From an uncultured virus (IMG/VR IMGVR_UViG_3300044986_000857) (Duplodnaviria; Heunggongvirae; Uroviricota; Caudoviricetes), in the IMG/VR virus record IMGVR_UViG_3300044986_000857: a stretch of 64,000 bases of DNA. One strand, given 5' to 3'. Position numbers and translations under genes: made by a program. The first letter of the stretch is position 1. Every line of letters begins with the position of its first letter. The notes under the pieces were generated by a model. It was given only the letters and a program-made list of their open reading frames with translations, did not search any database and had not been told where the DNA came from. Shown here piece after piece: positions 38,283 to 48,393 of this stretch.

Positions 38283-38545
38283 ACCCCGGGCGCGGCGAAC
38301 GCGCCACGCAGATTGCAAAGGCCGCGGGTGCTGCGCTGAAAGAAGCGCGCACGTTCGCCAAGCTCTCGCAGGCCGCCGTCGCCGCGCAGATCGGCGTATC
38401 TCGTCAGCTGTACGTCGACATTGAGGCCGGGCGGGTTTCGCCGCGCGTCGATCAGGTCGACGCAATCGCGCAAGCGTGCGGAGTGTCGCCGACGACCATT
38501 ATCCGGCGCTGCGTCGACCTGATCAACGCCGCGCCGTCGACCTAG
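38267..38545 (+). CDS. XRE/Cro-family HTH regulator
   Basis: LKEAR...LSQAAVAAQIGVSRQLYVDIEAGRVSP. Confidence 0.9.
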   Translation: MPRKLNPGRGERATQIAKAAGAALKEARTFAKLSQAAVAAQIGVSRQLYVDIEAGRVSPRVDQVDAIAQACGVSPTTIIRRCVDLINAAPST

Positions 38546-38549
38546 CCCT

Positions 38550-38765
38550 TCAAACCATCACGCCGGGCAGGGCATCGAGCAAGTGGCGTAGCGCGACCAC
38601 GTGCGAGGTGTCCTGCCCAGCGCTGCGTTGCGCCTCTTCGATGGCGTCGAGGTGCTTTGCCAGCTGGGCGCTGTAACTGATGAACGCCTCGCGCTCGTCG
38701 TCGGTCAGGGGCGCGCTGCGCATGATGACGGCGCGGATCGTATCGAGTGTGGAAGAGGGAGGCAT
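38550..38765 (-). CDS. Small hypothetical protein
   Basis: Helical, natural-looking ORF convergent with the HTH gene. Confidence 0.45.
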   Translation of the reverse strand: MPPSSTLDTIRAVIMRSAPLTDDEREAFISYSAQLAKHLDAIEEAQRSAGQDTSHVVALRHLLDALPGVMV

Positions 38766-39039
38766 GCGCGGCAGAGTAGCGCGCCCACATGCACCGGCAT
38801 GCGCCGGCAGCGTGCGCCAGAAAGACAAACGCCCCCGGTACCGGAGGCGTCTGCTTGAACGAAGTGCTCATGTCCGTTCGCTTCGACCCGCTATCGCAGG
38901 GCGCAACCGCAGTAAAACACCAGCCCTTGTGGCTGTCAAGCGAAGAACGGCACAAAAAGATCGAGCCACGCGCCCCGCGTTCGAACGGGCGCAAAGCGCG
39001 TGCGGCGGGCGCGCGCGAGGCGGGTGTGGCTGGGGGGTC

Positions 39040-39630
39040 GGCCTAGTATGTATTTGGTCCCTAAAAAACGACAACGTGAGAAAAACGCCGTGTCAAGGGG
39101 TCAAAATGTGTCCGTGTCAAGGGGTTTTTCGTCGCAAGCCCATGCGGCGCGTCCATGACTTTTGTGCCGGTTTGGTGCGGTTGTGTTCCGAGCCCCTTTT
39201 TCGGTTTTCGCGTTCTTCCCCCAAATCTCACAACCGCTTTTTCGGCCACAACCGCTCCTAACCGCGCCACAACCGCACCGATTTTTTTTCTAATACGGCT
39301 TTGCAAAGCCCTTTCTAACTAGTTCACAACCGCACAACCGTAAAATGTCTCTATCCCCCTCCAAGTTAGGCTGTGTGCCCTTCGTATCCTACCTTTTTGT
39401 AATCAAAGGTAGGACATTCATGACAAACACATCTAAATTCCCCGGCTATGGGGCGTGTGTGGTTGTGAGCTTTTGCCCTTGCACCCCTTGACACGCCACG
39501 CATTCAAAAAAAATAATCTTTACAAAAATGAGATTTTCTTTGCGCGCGGCGTAAGCAGGTTGACGGCAGCCCAGATCGCGTGGTAGACCCCGACCCGCTC
39601 ATGTTCGCCCCTCCGACCTTTCGCAAGGTG
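39040..39630. promoter_or_regulatory. AT-rich control region with CACAACCG and CGTGTCAAGGGGT repeats (candidate origin)
   Basis: CACAACCG at 39229, 39247, 39268, 39325 and 39333, inverted at 39177-39185. CGTGTCAAGGGGT twice (39089, 39113) and inverted near 39483. TTGACG-N18-TAGACC at 39560-39589. Confidence 0.7.
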
Positions 39631-39634
39631 GCTC

Positions 39635-42403
39635 ATGCTTTGGCTTTTCGGCAGCAAGGACACGCGGCCCGGCGTGTCGGTACTCGATCAAGCGCAACAG
39701 CTGGAAGACACGATCGACGTGTGGACGGAGCTGCTCGACAGCCCCACCGTCGTCGCCGACAAGGCTGGCAAGGAAGCAGCCTTTGTCGTCACGGGTGCCC
39801 GGTACTTCCCCGAGGCTGATACCCGGTCAAAAGAAAACATTGACGTCGTCGAGACTCTTGTGCTCGACGTCGACAAGGTTGCGATACCGGAAGCGGACCT
39901 TCTCGCCGCGCTCGATGGCACGCGCGCCATCGTCTACACCAGCCCGTCGCACACCGCGTCCGATCCTCGCTGGCGCGTCCTGCTGCCGCTTTTCACGCCG
40001 TTGCCCCCCAAGAAGCATCGGGCGCTCGTAGAATGGCTCTCGGACAATCTTGTGTCTGGCTACCCCGGATGCATCGACGCCGCCCGAACGGGCGACCCGT
40101 GCCGGCTGGGGTTCATCCACGTCACGCTGAACCCGCAGGACTACAAGTGGCACAACCTGCCCGGCCCACGGTTTGACTGGACTGGGCTCGACCTGCCCGA
40201 CGAAGCGTGGCAGCCCGCAGGCCCGCTTTCCGGCCTGACCCGGTCCCCGCTGTGGTCCGACCGGCAAACGGCCCTCAAACAAGCCTTCCGGCGCTTTGCG
40301 GAGACGGGCTTGGGGCTTGGCCCGGGGCAGGGCCGCACGATGACCCTGTGGGACACGGCGTTGTGCCTGTGGTGGGACTGGGCCGCCGAGGACGAGACGT
40401 TCGTTCGTGAAGTGCTGGATCAAGTCAACGGCAACTTCGCGGTGCCGGAAGATTCCGACACGATCGAACGCAAGATGCGCGAGGCGTACGCGCGCACGGT
40501 GGGCGACCAGCGCGTAGGCCAAAAGCGCGGCACTTACGGCATCCTGCGGGAGCCGCAAAACGTCGTCACGCGGCAAGCGATCACGGAGTACGCGCGCCGG
40601 CTGAAACGGCGCTCAAAGGGCGACAGCAGCGTCGTCGGCGAAGCGCTTGTGCGGCTGGCGAAGGGCGAGACATTCTCCGACGACCCGGAGACGTGGCGCG
40701 GCCTTGCGACGAAGTGCGCGTACGAACTGGCGCGAGCGTTTCCGAACGAGCGCCCCGAACGGCTCTCCGAGCATTTCCGTCCGTCGCTTTCGGCGATGCG
40801 GCACGCGGGCAGCGCAGCGCTGCCGACGGATGACGAGATCAAGACGTTCATCACGACGCGGCTCGACAGCCAACGACGAGCAAAAGAGGAACAGGAACAG
40901 CGACGCGAGCACGAAGCGGAAAAGCAGATCGAACTGGCGACGAACGGGGGGCGGAGCAAGCCATACACGAAAGCGGAAGTGTCGGCGTGGAAGTCGACGG
41001 TGGGGCTGGAAGACAACAACTGGATCGTGGTGAACAACAACGCGGTCTACGTGTTCTGCGATGGAACATGGAAAGGCCCGTACAATGAAATGGAGTTTGA
41101 AGCGAGCGGACGGCGCGACCTCGCCGCCGCCGAGCAGGGCGGGTTCGTCCACTTGAGCAAGATCACGGAAGACGGCGAGGTCAAAGCGTTGCCGCTGAAA
41201 TCGTTGGTGCAGCGGTACGGCAGACAAGCGGGTACGCGAATCGAAATGTGGTGCGAACACGCATGGTTCTGCACCGAGGACAACGAGCTTGTACTTGCCG
41301 GGCCTACGCGCAATCCGATCACGCCGAAGTACGATCCGCAGGTCGACACATGGCTGCGGGCCATGACGGGGCGCAGCGTCGCGCCGAACAAGAAAGAAGC
41401 AGCGGCGCGCACGTCGGACGACGACTTTGATACGATCTGCGATTGGCTGGCGTGCGTCGTGGAGACGCGCTACCCGCTCGTCGCGCTGTACCTGCAAAGC
41501 CCACTCAAGCATGGCAAGGGGCTGTTGGCGAACGGTGTCGGGCGTATCTGGCGAAGAGGCTGCATCGACATCGACGCTGCGTTTCATCCGAGCGGGTTCA
41601 ACGCGCTGCTGGCGGAAAGCCCGTTCGCGTGGGTCGACGAAGAGTTCCCCAAGAATCTGAACCCGTCGGAAATCCTGCGTCGCGGGTTGGCGAAACGCGA
41701 TCACACGTTCACGCGCAAGTTCAAGGATTCGGGCAAGCTGTATGGCTGCGTTCGCGTGTTGATCACGGCGAACAACAACGACGTGCTCGACCGAAAAGAG
41801 CGGCTGACAAAGGAAGATCACGACGCCGTCGCAACGCGCTACGCGCACATCAAAGTCAACGACGAGGCTAAAAAATACTTGGAAACGGTCGGGCAAGTGG
41901 TACACGATAGCTTCGTCGAGGACAATCGAATCGCAGCGCACACGCTCTGGCTGCACGAACAGAGGTTCGCAGCGATCAAGAAGCGAGGCTCGCGGTTTCT
42001 CGTCGAAGTGAACAACGTACGCATCGCGAACCTAATGGTGACGAACAGACCGGAGGCGAGCGCGATCTTGACGGCGCTCACCAACAGCATCGTCGAAGGA
42101 CGAAAAGCGGATTGGTATTCGCTGAACAAAGGAGAAGTCTGGATCAACAGTGTCGGGGCTGTGTTGCAGGCAAAACTAGTCGACCCCGCGTTGCGTGTGA
42201 CGGAGAAAGAAATGATCCGCACGCTGCGCGCTATGTCGACGGGCGAGAGGCAAGCAAAGTTGGTCGACGACAAAAAGTACGTGAAAATGTGGGAGCTTGA
42301 CCTGCCGACGATCAAATCTTGGTGTGATGAAACACAAGTCGTCGAGTACGACGCCTTGATCAAAAAGATCAACGAAAAGGAAAATCAAAATGGGACTGCA
42401 TAA
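39635..42403 (+). CDS. AEP primase-polymerase fused to an SF3-like helicase
   Basis: LVLDVD and YTSPSH...RWRVLLP at the N-terminus; HGKGLL, WVDEE and LITAN at the C-terminus. Confidence 0.85.
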   Translation: MLWLFGSKDTRPGVSVLDQAQQLEDTIDVWTELLDSPTVVADKAGKEAAFVVTGARYFPEADTRSKENIDVVETLVLDVDKVAIPEADLLAALDGTRAIVYTSPSHTASDPRWRVLLPLFTPLPPKKHRALVEWLSDNLVSGYPGCIDAARTGDPCRLGFIHVTLNPQDYKWHNLPGPRFDWTGLDLPDEAWQPAGPLSGLTRSPLWSDRQTALKQAFRRFAETGLGLGPGQGRTMTLWDTALCLWWDWAAEDETFVREVLDQVNGNFAVPEDSDTIERKMREAYARTVGDQRVGQKRGTYGILREPQNVVTRQAITEYARRLKRRSKGDSSVVGEALVRLAKGETFSDDPETWRGLATKCAYELARAFPNERPERLSEHFRPSLSAMRHAGSAALPTDDEIKTFITTRLDSQRRAKEEQEQRREHEAEKQIELATNGGRSKPYTKAEVSAWKSTVGLEDNNWIVVNNNAVYVFCDGTWKGPYNEMEFEASGRRDLAAAEQGGFVHLSKITEDGEVKALPLKSLVQRYGRQAGTRIEMWCEHAWFCTEDNELVLAGPTRNPITPKYDPQVDTWLRAMTGRSVAPNKKEAAARTSDDDFDTICDWLACVVETRYPLVALYLQSPLKHGKGLLANGVGRIWRRGCIDIDAAFHPSGFNALLAESPFAWVDEEFPKNLNPSEILRRGLAKRDHTFTRKFKDSGKLYGCVRVLITANNNDVLDRKERLTKEDHDAVATRYAHIKVNDEAKKYLETVGQVVHDSFVEDNRIAAHTLWLHEQRFAAIKKRGSRFLVEVNNVRIANLMVTNRPEASAILTALTNSIVEGRKADWYSLNKGEVWINSVGAVLQAKLVDPALRVTEKEMIRTLRAMSTGERQAKLVDDKKYVKMWELDLPTIKSWCDETQVVEYDALIKKINEKENQNGTA

Positions 42404-42824
42404 CTTTCGACAAGTGTTCCTGCCCTACGGATTCCGCAAAAAGGAAGGCAAGCACGGCGTCGAGTGGGAAGCGTTCAACAGGGAGTACAGCCCGCTCGGC
42501 TGCATCGTTCCGCACATGCAGGTTTCGTTCGTCGACGTGGCGAGTGAGCAAGAACGAGAGCGGGTTCACGAAAGCACGCGAAAAGCGATTGCGCGGGCAC
42601 ATAAGCGAATCGAAAAGTACATAGACCGTATCGCGTTCGAAACCAACACAAGGAAAGACACGTTCTGGCTTTACGACGACGGGTGCTATCCCGATCGCGA
42701 CGAGCGAAGCTGGAACACGTACCAGCTGCGCCTTGAAGCGTTGTGCCTTGCCGGAAACACGGATCGTCTCACCAAGAGGCTGCAAAGCATCCTCAAGCAA
42801 CTACCCGGGGTGCTCATCTCGTGA
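42390..42824 (+). CDS. Hypothetical protein
   Basis: AAGGA RBS; overlaps its neighbours in operon order. Confidence 0.7.
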   Translation: MGLHNFRQVFLPYGFRKKEGKHGVEWEAFNREYSPLGCIVPHMQVSFVDVASEQERERVHESTRKAIARAHKRIEKYIDRIAFETNTRKDTFWLYDDGCYPDRDERSWNTYQLRLEALCLAGNTDRLTKRLQSILKQLPGVLIS

Positions 42825-44323
42825 ACGACGAAAACATTGACCTCACAAGCCTTGTCGCGCAGCACCTTGAAGTGCGCGTGTCAGCCGACGGCAAGAGCCG
42901 GCTGTACTTCCCCGGCACCGACGATGCGTACTTTGGTTCGACCTTGTCGCCGTCGGCGGTGAGCACGGCCGAGGACTGCATGCACAAGTGGGGGCTGCAA
43001 CGCCTCGACAACGTGCCGAGGACGGAGAACTATCAAGCAGAGCGAGGCACGACGGTACACGCGCAGCTGGAAGCATGGTTGAAGCACGGCACCGCGCCGA
43101 TCACGAAGGGCATGGCGAAGGTGCTGGAGCACTTCCCCGCGCCCGGCGCGTGCGAGACCGAAGGCGAGTTTGGGTTCGTTTTTGGCCGACCGGATCGTGA
43201 GTACGTCCACAAAGGCCGCTTCGACGTCCGGCAGGTGGGCGTCATCCAAGACTTGAAGACGACGGGCGATCTGCGCTGGAAGAAGACCGAGGCGCAGCTG
43301 CGCGCGGACTTGCAGGCGAACGTGTACGCGCTCTCCGAAATGCTGCGAAGCAATCTGGATACGGTGCGGTGCAAGTGGGTGTACGCGCAGGTTCCAACAC
43401 CCGTGCGGCTCGACGACAAAGGCGAAGTCGACCACGAAGCGTCGTTGCGCGAAGCACGCAACCCAGACTTCGAAATCAAGCGCGTGGAATGCACCGAGGC
43501 GACCTTGACTCGCGCCGAGGTCATGCGTACGTTGTCGTTGTTCGTACCGCTCGCGGAACGAATGATGGACGCAATCGAGAATGGCAAACGGGCTGCGGAC
43601 CTTCCGAAAGAATCGTCCGCGTGTGAATCGTACGGCGGGTGTCCGTACAAGAAGTCCGGTGCGTGTGAAGTGCCGGCGGGTGGCGGTCTGCTCGCCATCT
43701 TGAAGCAAGACAAAGCGCGCGACGCGAGCAAGACCGCGTCGACGACAACGACAGCAAACACGGAGAAGAAAATGGGATTGCTTGGGAAGTTCAACAACGC
43801 AGCGAAGCCGGCGGAAACGAAAGCAGAAGAGGTCGTGGTGCAGGCCGCGCCGGCTCCGACGCCGGCTTCAACACCCCCGCCAGCTGCGCCCGCACCCGCG
43901 CCCGCCGCAGCGGCGAAGGGATCGTTGGCCGCGCGTCTCGCAGCCGTCGTCGGCGGCGGGGCGAAGGCGTCGGCGGTGAGTGCGGCGCTCGATGCTGCGC
44001 CGACCCATAGCGTGCATGCGACGGGCGTGAATCCGCCGGATGCTGCGCCGACGTGGACGAAGGAAGAGCAGGCGATCGAATCGGAGAAGATCACGGCGGG
44101 CGTCAAGGCTGCCAAGGGCACCGATGCGCTGCCGGCCGAGTCGATCACCGCGCAGACAGCCGCAGCGGCCGAAGCGGAGATCGAAGCGGAGAAGGCCGCG
44201 AAGAAGACGACGAAGAAGGCGGCGGTGAAGGGGGGTGCCCCGGTGCTACCGTCAGACGACGGGATGCTCGCGGTGTTGACGCGCATCGCTGACGCGCTGG
44301 AAAAGATCGCAAACAAGGGCTGA
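42821..44323 (+). CDS. Cas4/AddB-like PD-(D/E)XK nuclease with an Ala/Pro/Lys-rich tail
   Basis: SPS...C, G..VH..LE, GRFD, DLKT, Q..VY, and C....CPY.....C. Confidence 0.85.
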   Translation: MNDENIDLTSLVAQHLEVRVSADGKSRLYFPGTDDAYFGSTLSPSAVSTAEDCMHKWGLQRLDNVPRTENYQAERGTTVHAQLEAWLKHGTAPITKGMAKVLEHFPAPGACETEGEFGFVFGRPDREYVHKGRFDVRQVGVIQDLKTTGDLRWKKTEAQLRADLQANVYALSEMLRSNLDTVRCKWVYAQVPTPVRLDDKGEVDHEASLREARNPDFEIKRVECTEATLTRAEVMRTLSLFVPLAERMMDAIENGKRAADLPKESSACESYGGCPYKKSGACEVPAGGGLLAILKQDKARDASKTASTTTTANTEKKMGLLGKFNNAAKPAETKAEEVVVQAAPAPTPASTPPPAAPAPAPAAAAKGSLAARLAAVVGGGAKASAVSAALDAAPTHSVHATGVNPPDAAPTWTKEEQAIESEKITAGVKAAKGTDALPAESITAQTAAAAEAEIEAEKAAKKTTKKAAVKGGAPVLPSDDGMLAVLTRIADALEKIANKG

Positions 44324-44330
44324 ACAGACC

Positions 44331-47321
44331 ATGACTACGACGACCGCCAAGAAAGATGGTGGCGTCGCGGCACGGTTCGGCAAGAGCCTCAATCCCTTCG
44401 ACAAGAAGGGCTGGGGTGCCGTCGGGCGCTCGTCGGAGTTCCGGCGAGTCGCTGCCCTGCCACGACGCACGCATTGGGACGACGTGAGCGAGGCGATGAC
44501 GCTCGCGTTCGCTTTGCCGCCGCGCACGGACTGCACGACGGCGTGCGTGTGTCGCGGCGCGGGCCACATGCGCTTGAAACCGAGGCAAGCGTGGGCGCTC
44601 GCGGAGTTTTTCGAGCGGCGTGGAGGCATCGCGCTGCTAGGGCCGGGGGAAGGCAAGGCGCAGCCGCTTGACGCGCAAGTGTTGACGCCAACGGGGTTTG
44701 TGCGCATGGGCGAAGTTCAGCCGGGTATGCAAGTTTGCACACCTGACGGCGGTTCGGCTCGCGTTTTGGGCGTGTACCCGCAAGGCATGAAGAAGGTGTA
44801 TCGAGTCGTTTTTTCTGACGGCACGGCTACCGAGTCTTGCGATGAACATTTGTGGAAAGTTTCTAGCAAGCAGCGGCGCAAGAACGAGAGAAGAGACGCG
44901 AAGTTTCCTCGGTGGGAAGTAAAGCCTCTGTTTGAGATCATAAAAAACGTCGACGCAGGTTACTCGATCCCTATCACGCAGCCCGTTTTGTTCGCACCGC
45001 AAGAACCGCTGCCCATTGACCCTTATCTGCTCGGGGTGCTTCTCGGAGACGGCAGCATAAAGTACGGATCGATCTCTGTTTCAACAAGCGCGCGAGATTC
45101 GGCGCATATGCTCGCGATGGTACAGAAGGCTTGTATTGGTAAAGGCTATGAACCGCGAGGTATTGCGGAGCACACTTCAGCGCAAGTTATCCGCATTCGA
45201 AACAAGCAGCACATGAAGGACACGATTCAAGACGCTTTGCGCGAGTTGAGCCTTTTTGGCTGCGGCTCTGAAGATAAGTTTGTCCCAACACGGTATCTCC
45301 ACGCTTCTGTCGAAGACCGGATGGCGCTTCTTCGCGGGCTTCTTGACACCGACGGATATGTCTCGGAAAAAAGCAGCGTGTCCTTTGTTTCTGTGTCCAA
45401 GAGCCTTGCCGACGCTGTGGTTTTCCTGACGCAATCTCTCGGCGGCGTGGCCACGGTCACTACCGGCAACAAGACCTTTACCTACAAAGGCGAGAAGAAA
45501 GTCGGCAAGACATTTTACAAGGTTTCTGTACGACTTTCTGTTTGCCCCTTCACGCTTCCGTTCAAGACGGCAAGGTGGACAAAGCATTCAAAGTATTTCC
45601 CGACGAAGATCATCCGAAAGATTGAGTTCGTTGGCGAAAAACAAACACAATGTATTTCCGTGGACTCGTCCGACAGACTGTATCTGACGGACAAGTTCAT
45701 CGTCACGCACAACACCCTTGTCTCTCTGCTGACGGCTCCTTTGCTTGGTTGGCAGCGCCCGGTGTTGTTCGTGCCGGCAGGCTTGCGGGACAAGACGGTG
45801 CGCGTCGACTACCCGGCGTTGGCGAGGCATTGGCGGCTGCCGGCGAACCTCGACATTCGCTCGTACGAAGAGTTGTCGCGGGTCGCGTTCGCCGACTACC
45901 TATCCAAGCGTCGTTTGCCTGACGGTATCATCTGCGACGAGGTACACGCGCTCAAGAACAGAGGCGCAGCGCGCACCAAACGTCTGCTCCGGTACTTCTC
46001 GGAGTTTCCGGGGACCGAGTTCGTCGGCATGAGCGGGTCAATCGTGAATCGCTCGCTGATGGACTACGGGCACCTGACGTTGCTGGGTCTGAAAGATCAT
46101 GCGCCGCTGCCGCACGGGTTCATCGAGTTGAAGACGTGGGCTGATGTGCTCGACGAGGGCGTTGCCGACGAGGCGCGACCGAAGCCCGGCGCGCTGCTCG
46201 ACCTCTGCGCGCCCGGGGAGGAACCACGCGACGGGTATCGTCGGCGTCTCTTGGAGACACACGGTGTGATCTCGTCGCCGGACCTGTCGACGAACGTGGG
46301 CTTGCAGATTTTTGAACAGCCGATGCCGTCGATGCCCCAAACGGTGGTGGATGCGTTCGTCCGTCTGCGCAATACGGCAGAGTTGCCGGGCGGCGAAATG
46401 TGCGCGACGGCGCTGGAACAGATACGCCACGCAAAAGAGCTTGTGCTGGGCTTCTACTACCGCTGGGTGTGGCCGGGTGGCGTGCGCGACGACGAGTGGT
46501 TGGAGGCACGGCGCGCGTGGCGCTCGTTCGTCCGCAAGACGACGCAGCGCAGCCACGGAGGCCGGTACTTCGACACCGAGTTGCAGGTCGCCAATGGCGT
46601 GCGCGCGGGCGACCTCGTCTGCCCTGACAGCGAGTACGAGACGTGGGTGCGCGTGCGCGACGATCGCAAGGCGAAGTGGGGCGCAGCGGAGCCGCCCAAG
46701 GAGACCGTGTGGCTGTCCGACTACATGCTGCAAGAGGTCGAGCGCTGGGTCGCTGAGAGCGACAAGCACACGCTGCCCGGGGCAGTTGGGTCAGGGGCGA
46801 TCGTGTGGGTCGAGTCGATCGGGTTTCTCGACGAGCTACGCAAGCGAGGGCATACCTGCTACGGCGCGGGCGAGAACGGGATCGTGCATGAGGACGGCAA
46901 GCGCACGGTCTTCGCAAGCATGGCGCACACCGTCGGCAAGAATCTGCAAGCGTTCTCGAAAATGCTCTTCACAAGCCCCTTGACTTCGGGTAAAGCGTGG
47001 GAACAAGCATTGGCGAGAGAGCATAGGCCGGGGCAGACAGCTGACGACGTGATCGTGCACGTCTACCTCGGATGCAGAGAGACGTGGTGGTCGTTCTGGA
47101 ACGCGCGCAAGGACGCGCGCTACATCGAAGCGACCTTGGGACAGCGGCAGCGATTGAATCAGGCGACGATTGTAGTGACGGAGGAACAGGAAGTGGTGAA
47201 GCGCCATGACGGAGGCAGCCCATTGTGGGCGTCTACCGGCTTGGCCCGATTGGATGCAGCAAACCCGCAGCGTCCCGTCGACGACAAGAGTGCAGAAACA
47301 ACAACGGAAGAGCAGGAGTGA
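44331..47321 (+). CDS. SNF2-like SF2 helicase containing an intein
   Basis: Walker A GEGK/T split by the intein; DEVH; MSGS; G.NLQ; EQALAREHRPGQ. Confidence 0.9.
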   Translation: MTTTTAKKDGGVAARFGKSLNPFDKKGWGAVGRSSEFRRVAALPRRTHWDDVSEAMTLAFALPPRTDCTTACVCRGAGHMRLKPRQAWALAEFFERRGGIALLGPGEGKAQPLDAQVLTPTGFVRMGEVQPGMQVCTPDGGSARVLGVYPQGMKKVYRVVFSDGTATESCDEHLWKVSSKQRRKNERRDAKFPRWEVKPLFEIIKNVDAGYSIPITQPVLFAPQEPLPIDPYLLGVLLGDGSIKYGSISVSTSARDSAHMLAMVQKACIGKGYEPRGIAEHTSAQVIRIRNKQHMKDTIQDALRELSLFGCGSEDKFVPTRYLHASVEDRMALLRGLLDTDGYVSEKSSVSFVSVSKSLADAVVFLTQSLGGVATVTTGNKTFTYKGEKKVGKTFYKVSVRLSVCPFTLPFKTARWTKHSKYFPTKIIRKIEFVGEKQTQCISVDSSDRLYLTDKFIVTHNTLVSLLTAPLLGWQRPVLFVPAGLRDKTVRVDYPALARHWRLPANLDIRSYEELSRVAFADYLSKRRLPDGIICDEVHALKNRGAARTKRLLRYFSEFPGTEFVGMSGSIVNRSLMDYGHLTLLGLKDHAPLPHGFIELKTWADVLDEGVADEARPKPGALLDLCAPGEEPRDGYRRRLLETHGVISSPDLSTNVGLQIFEQPMPSMPQTVVDAFVRLRNTAELPGGEMCATALEQIRHAKELVLGFYYRWVWPGGVRDDEWLEARRAWRSFVRKTTQRSHGGRYFDTELQVANGVRAGDLVCPDSEYETWVRVRDDRKAKWGAAEPPKETVWLSDYMLQEVERWVAESDKHTLPGAVGSGAIVWVESIGFLDELRKRGHTCYGAGENGIVHEDGKRTVFASMAHTVGKNLQAFSKMLFTSPLTSGKAWEQALAREHRPGQTADDVIVHVYLGCRETWWSFWNARKDARYIEATLGQRQRLNQATIVVTEEQEVVKRHDGGSPLWASTGLARLDAANPQRPVDDKSAETTTEEQE
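44658..45713 (+). mobile_element. Class 3 intein with a LAGLIDADG endonuclease (352 aa)
   Basis: Starts AQPLD and ends VTHN before Thr. WCT triad: EHLW, TQCISV, VTHN. Endonuclease motifs LLGVLLGDG and LRGLLDTDG. Lower GC than the exteins. Confidence 0.9.
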
Positions 47322-47324
47322 GTC

Positions 47325-47819
47325 ATGGGTATTTTCGACAAGTTCAAGCAAGCTGAGACGATGGGGACGCGCCAGTACATCGAAGAGGGCATTCACGTCC
47401 TCGAAATCCGCCGCATCGAGCAGGGTTTGAGCAAGAACCCGAAGTCGCGCGGCGTCGAGAAGACGGTCGTCGAGTTCTCGGTTGTCGAGTCCGACACGAT
47501 GAAGGCCGGCATCAGCACCAGCCTCGTCGAAATGGAGACGTTGCAGGGTTATGCCGGCAACGTGTTGTCCTTCGTCGCGGGTGTGCTCGGCGTCAGCGTC
47601 GACGAGTTGAAGAACGACTCGGACTTCGAAGCGATCTTTGGTGGCGTGTTTGGCGCAGACCAGATTTTCACCGGCATGCTGGTGAAGTGCGTCGCGCAGA
47701 AGGTGCAGACGAAAAAGGGCGGCGAGTACACGGCGAAGTCGTGGTCGCCCGTCCACGCCGAAGACTACGCGCGATACGGCCGCGAAGCGCCGGCTGGCGC
47801 TCCGTCCAAGGCGGCCTGA
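47325..47819 (+). CDS. Possible ssDNA-binding protein
   Basis: Size, beta-rich pattern and position between helicase and polymerase; followed by a terminator. Function inferred. Confidence 0.5.
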   Translation: MGIFDKFKQAETMGTRQYIEEGIHVLEIRRIEQGLSKNPKSRGVEKTVVEFSVVESDTMKAGISTSLVEMETLQGYAGNVLSFVAGVLGVSVDELKNDSDFEAIFGGVFGADQIFTGMLVKCVAQKVQTKKGGEYTAKSWSPVHAEDYARYGREAPAGAPSKAA

Positions 47820-47827
47820 CGAGTTTC

Positions 47828-47873
47828 AGCGGGGGCGTCGCGCTCGCACGCCGCGACGTCCCCGCTTCTCTTT
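47828..47873 (+). terminator. Intrinsic terminator
   Basis: AGCGGGGGCGTCGCG/CGCGACGTCCCCGCT stem followed by TCTCTTT. Confidence 0.65.
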
Positions 47874-47897
47874 CCGAGTGTGCAGGACGAAACAATC

Positions 47898-48161
47898 ATG
47901 CAGGGTTTGAACGATCTTGTCGGAAAGAAAGTCGCGCTCGTCGATCGCGGTTTCGTCGTTGTCGAGGGGCGGATTGTGTACCCGACGGCGACGGGCGTGC
48001 TGCTCGCGTGCGACGACAAGGTTCTGCGCGTGCAGCTGCAAGGCGATGCAGAAGGCAGCGTGACGGTGTTCTTCGCGGAAGCGCTGCGTTGCGTGCGTGA
48101 AGCACCGGAAGCACCGGAAGCCCCGGCTGCGGAACAAGCGGAGCCGGCGCAGGGTGGTTGA
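47898..48161 (+). CDS. Hypothetical protein
   Basis: Small beta-rich ORF. Confidence 0.6.
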   Translation: MQGLNDLVGKKVALVDRGFVVVEGRIVYPTATGVLLACDDKVLRVQLQGDAEGSVTVFFAEALRCVREAPEAPEAPAAEQAEPAQGG

Positions 48162-48177
48162 ACAACAAGGGGGAAAC

Positions 48178-48393
48178 ATGAGCGAGCAGGAAGCGGAAGA
48201 GAGAGCGGAAGTGGAAGAAGTGTTTGTGCGCGGCGTTCACCCGACGTGGCACGATATGGAGAGGGCAGAGATCATCGCAGAGGCGAAGAAGCTGCCCGTC
48301 ATCACGCCGGTCATCGCGAGGATGATCGTGGCGCTGGAAGACGCGCACGAACGACTCGCGAGGATTGAACGATCGAGGGGCGTAAGCCGATGA
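48178..48393 (+). CDS. Hypothetical protein
   Basis: GGGGG RBS; ATGA-coupled to polA. Confidence 0.65.
   Translation: MSEQEAEERAEVEEVFVRGVHPTWHDMERAEIIAEAKKLPVITPVIARMIVALEDAHERLARIERSRGVSR

Noticed and set aside
39089..39125. Minus-strand sigma70 promoters from the two TTGACA hexamers
   Set aside because: No acceptable -10 lies at 16-18 bp; treated as repeats instead.
42821..44323. cas4 as part of a CRISPR-Cas system
   Set aside because: It is a solo Cas4-like nuclease in a phage replication operon, with no cas1, cas2 or array.
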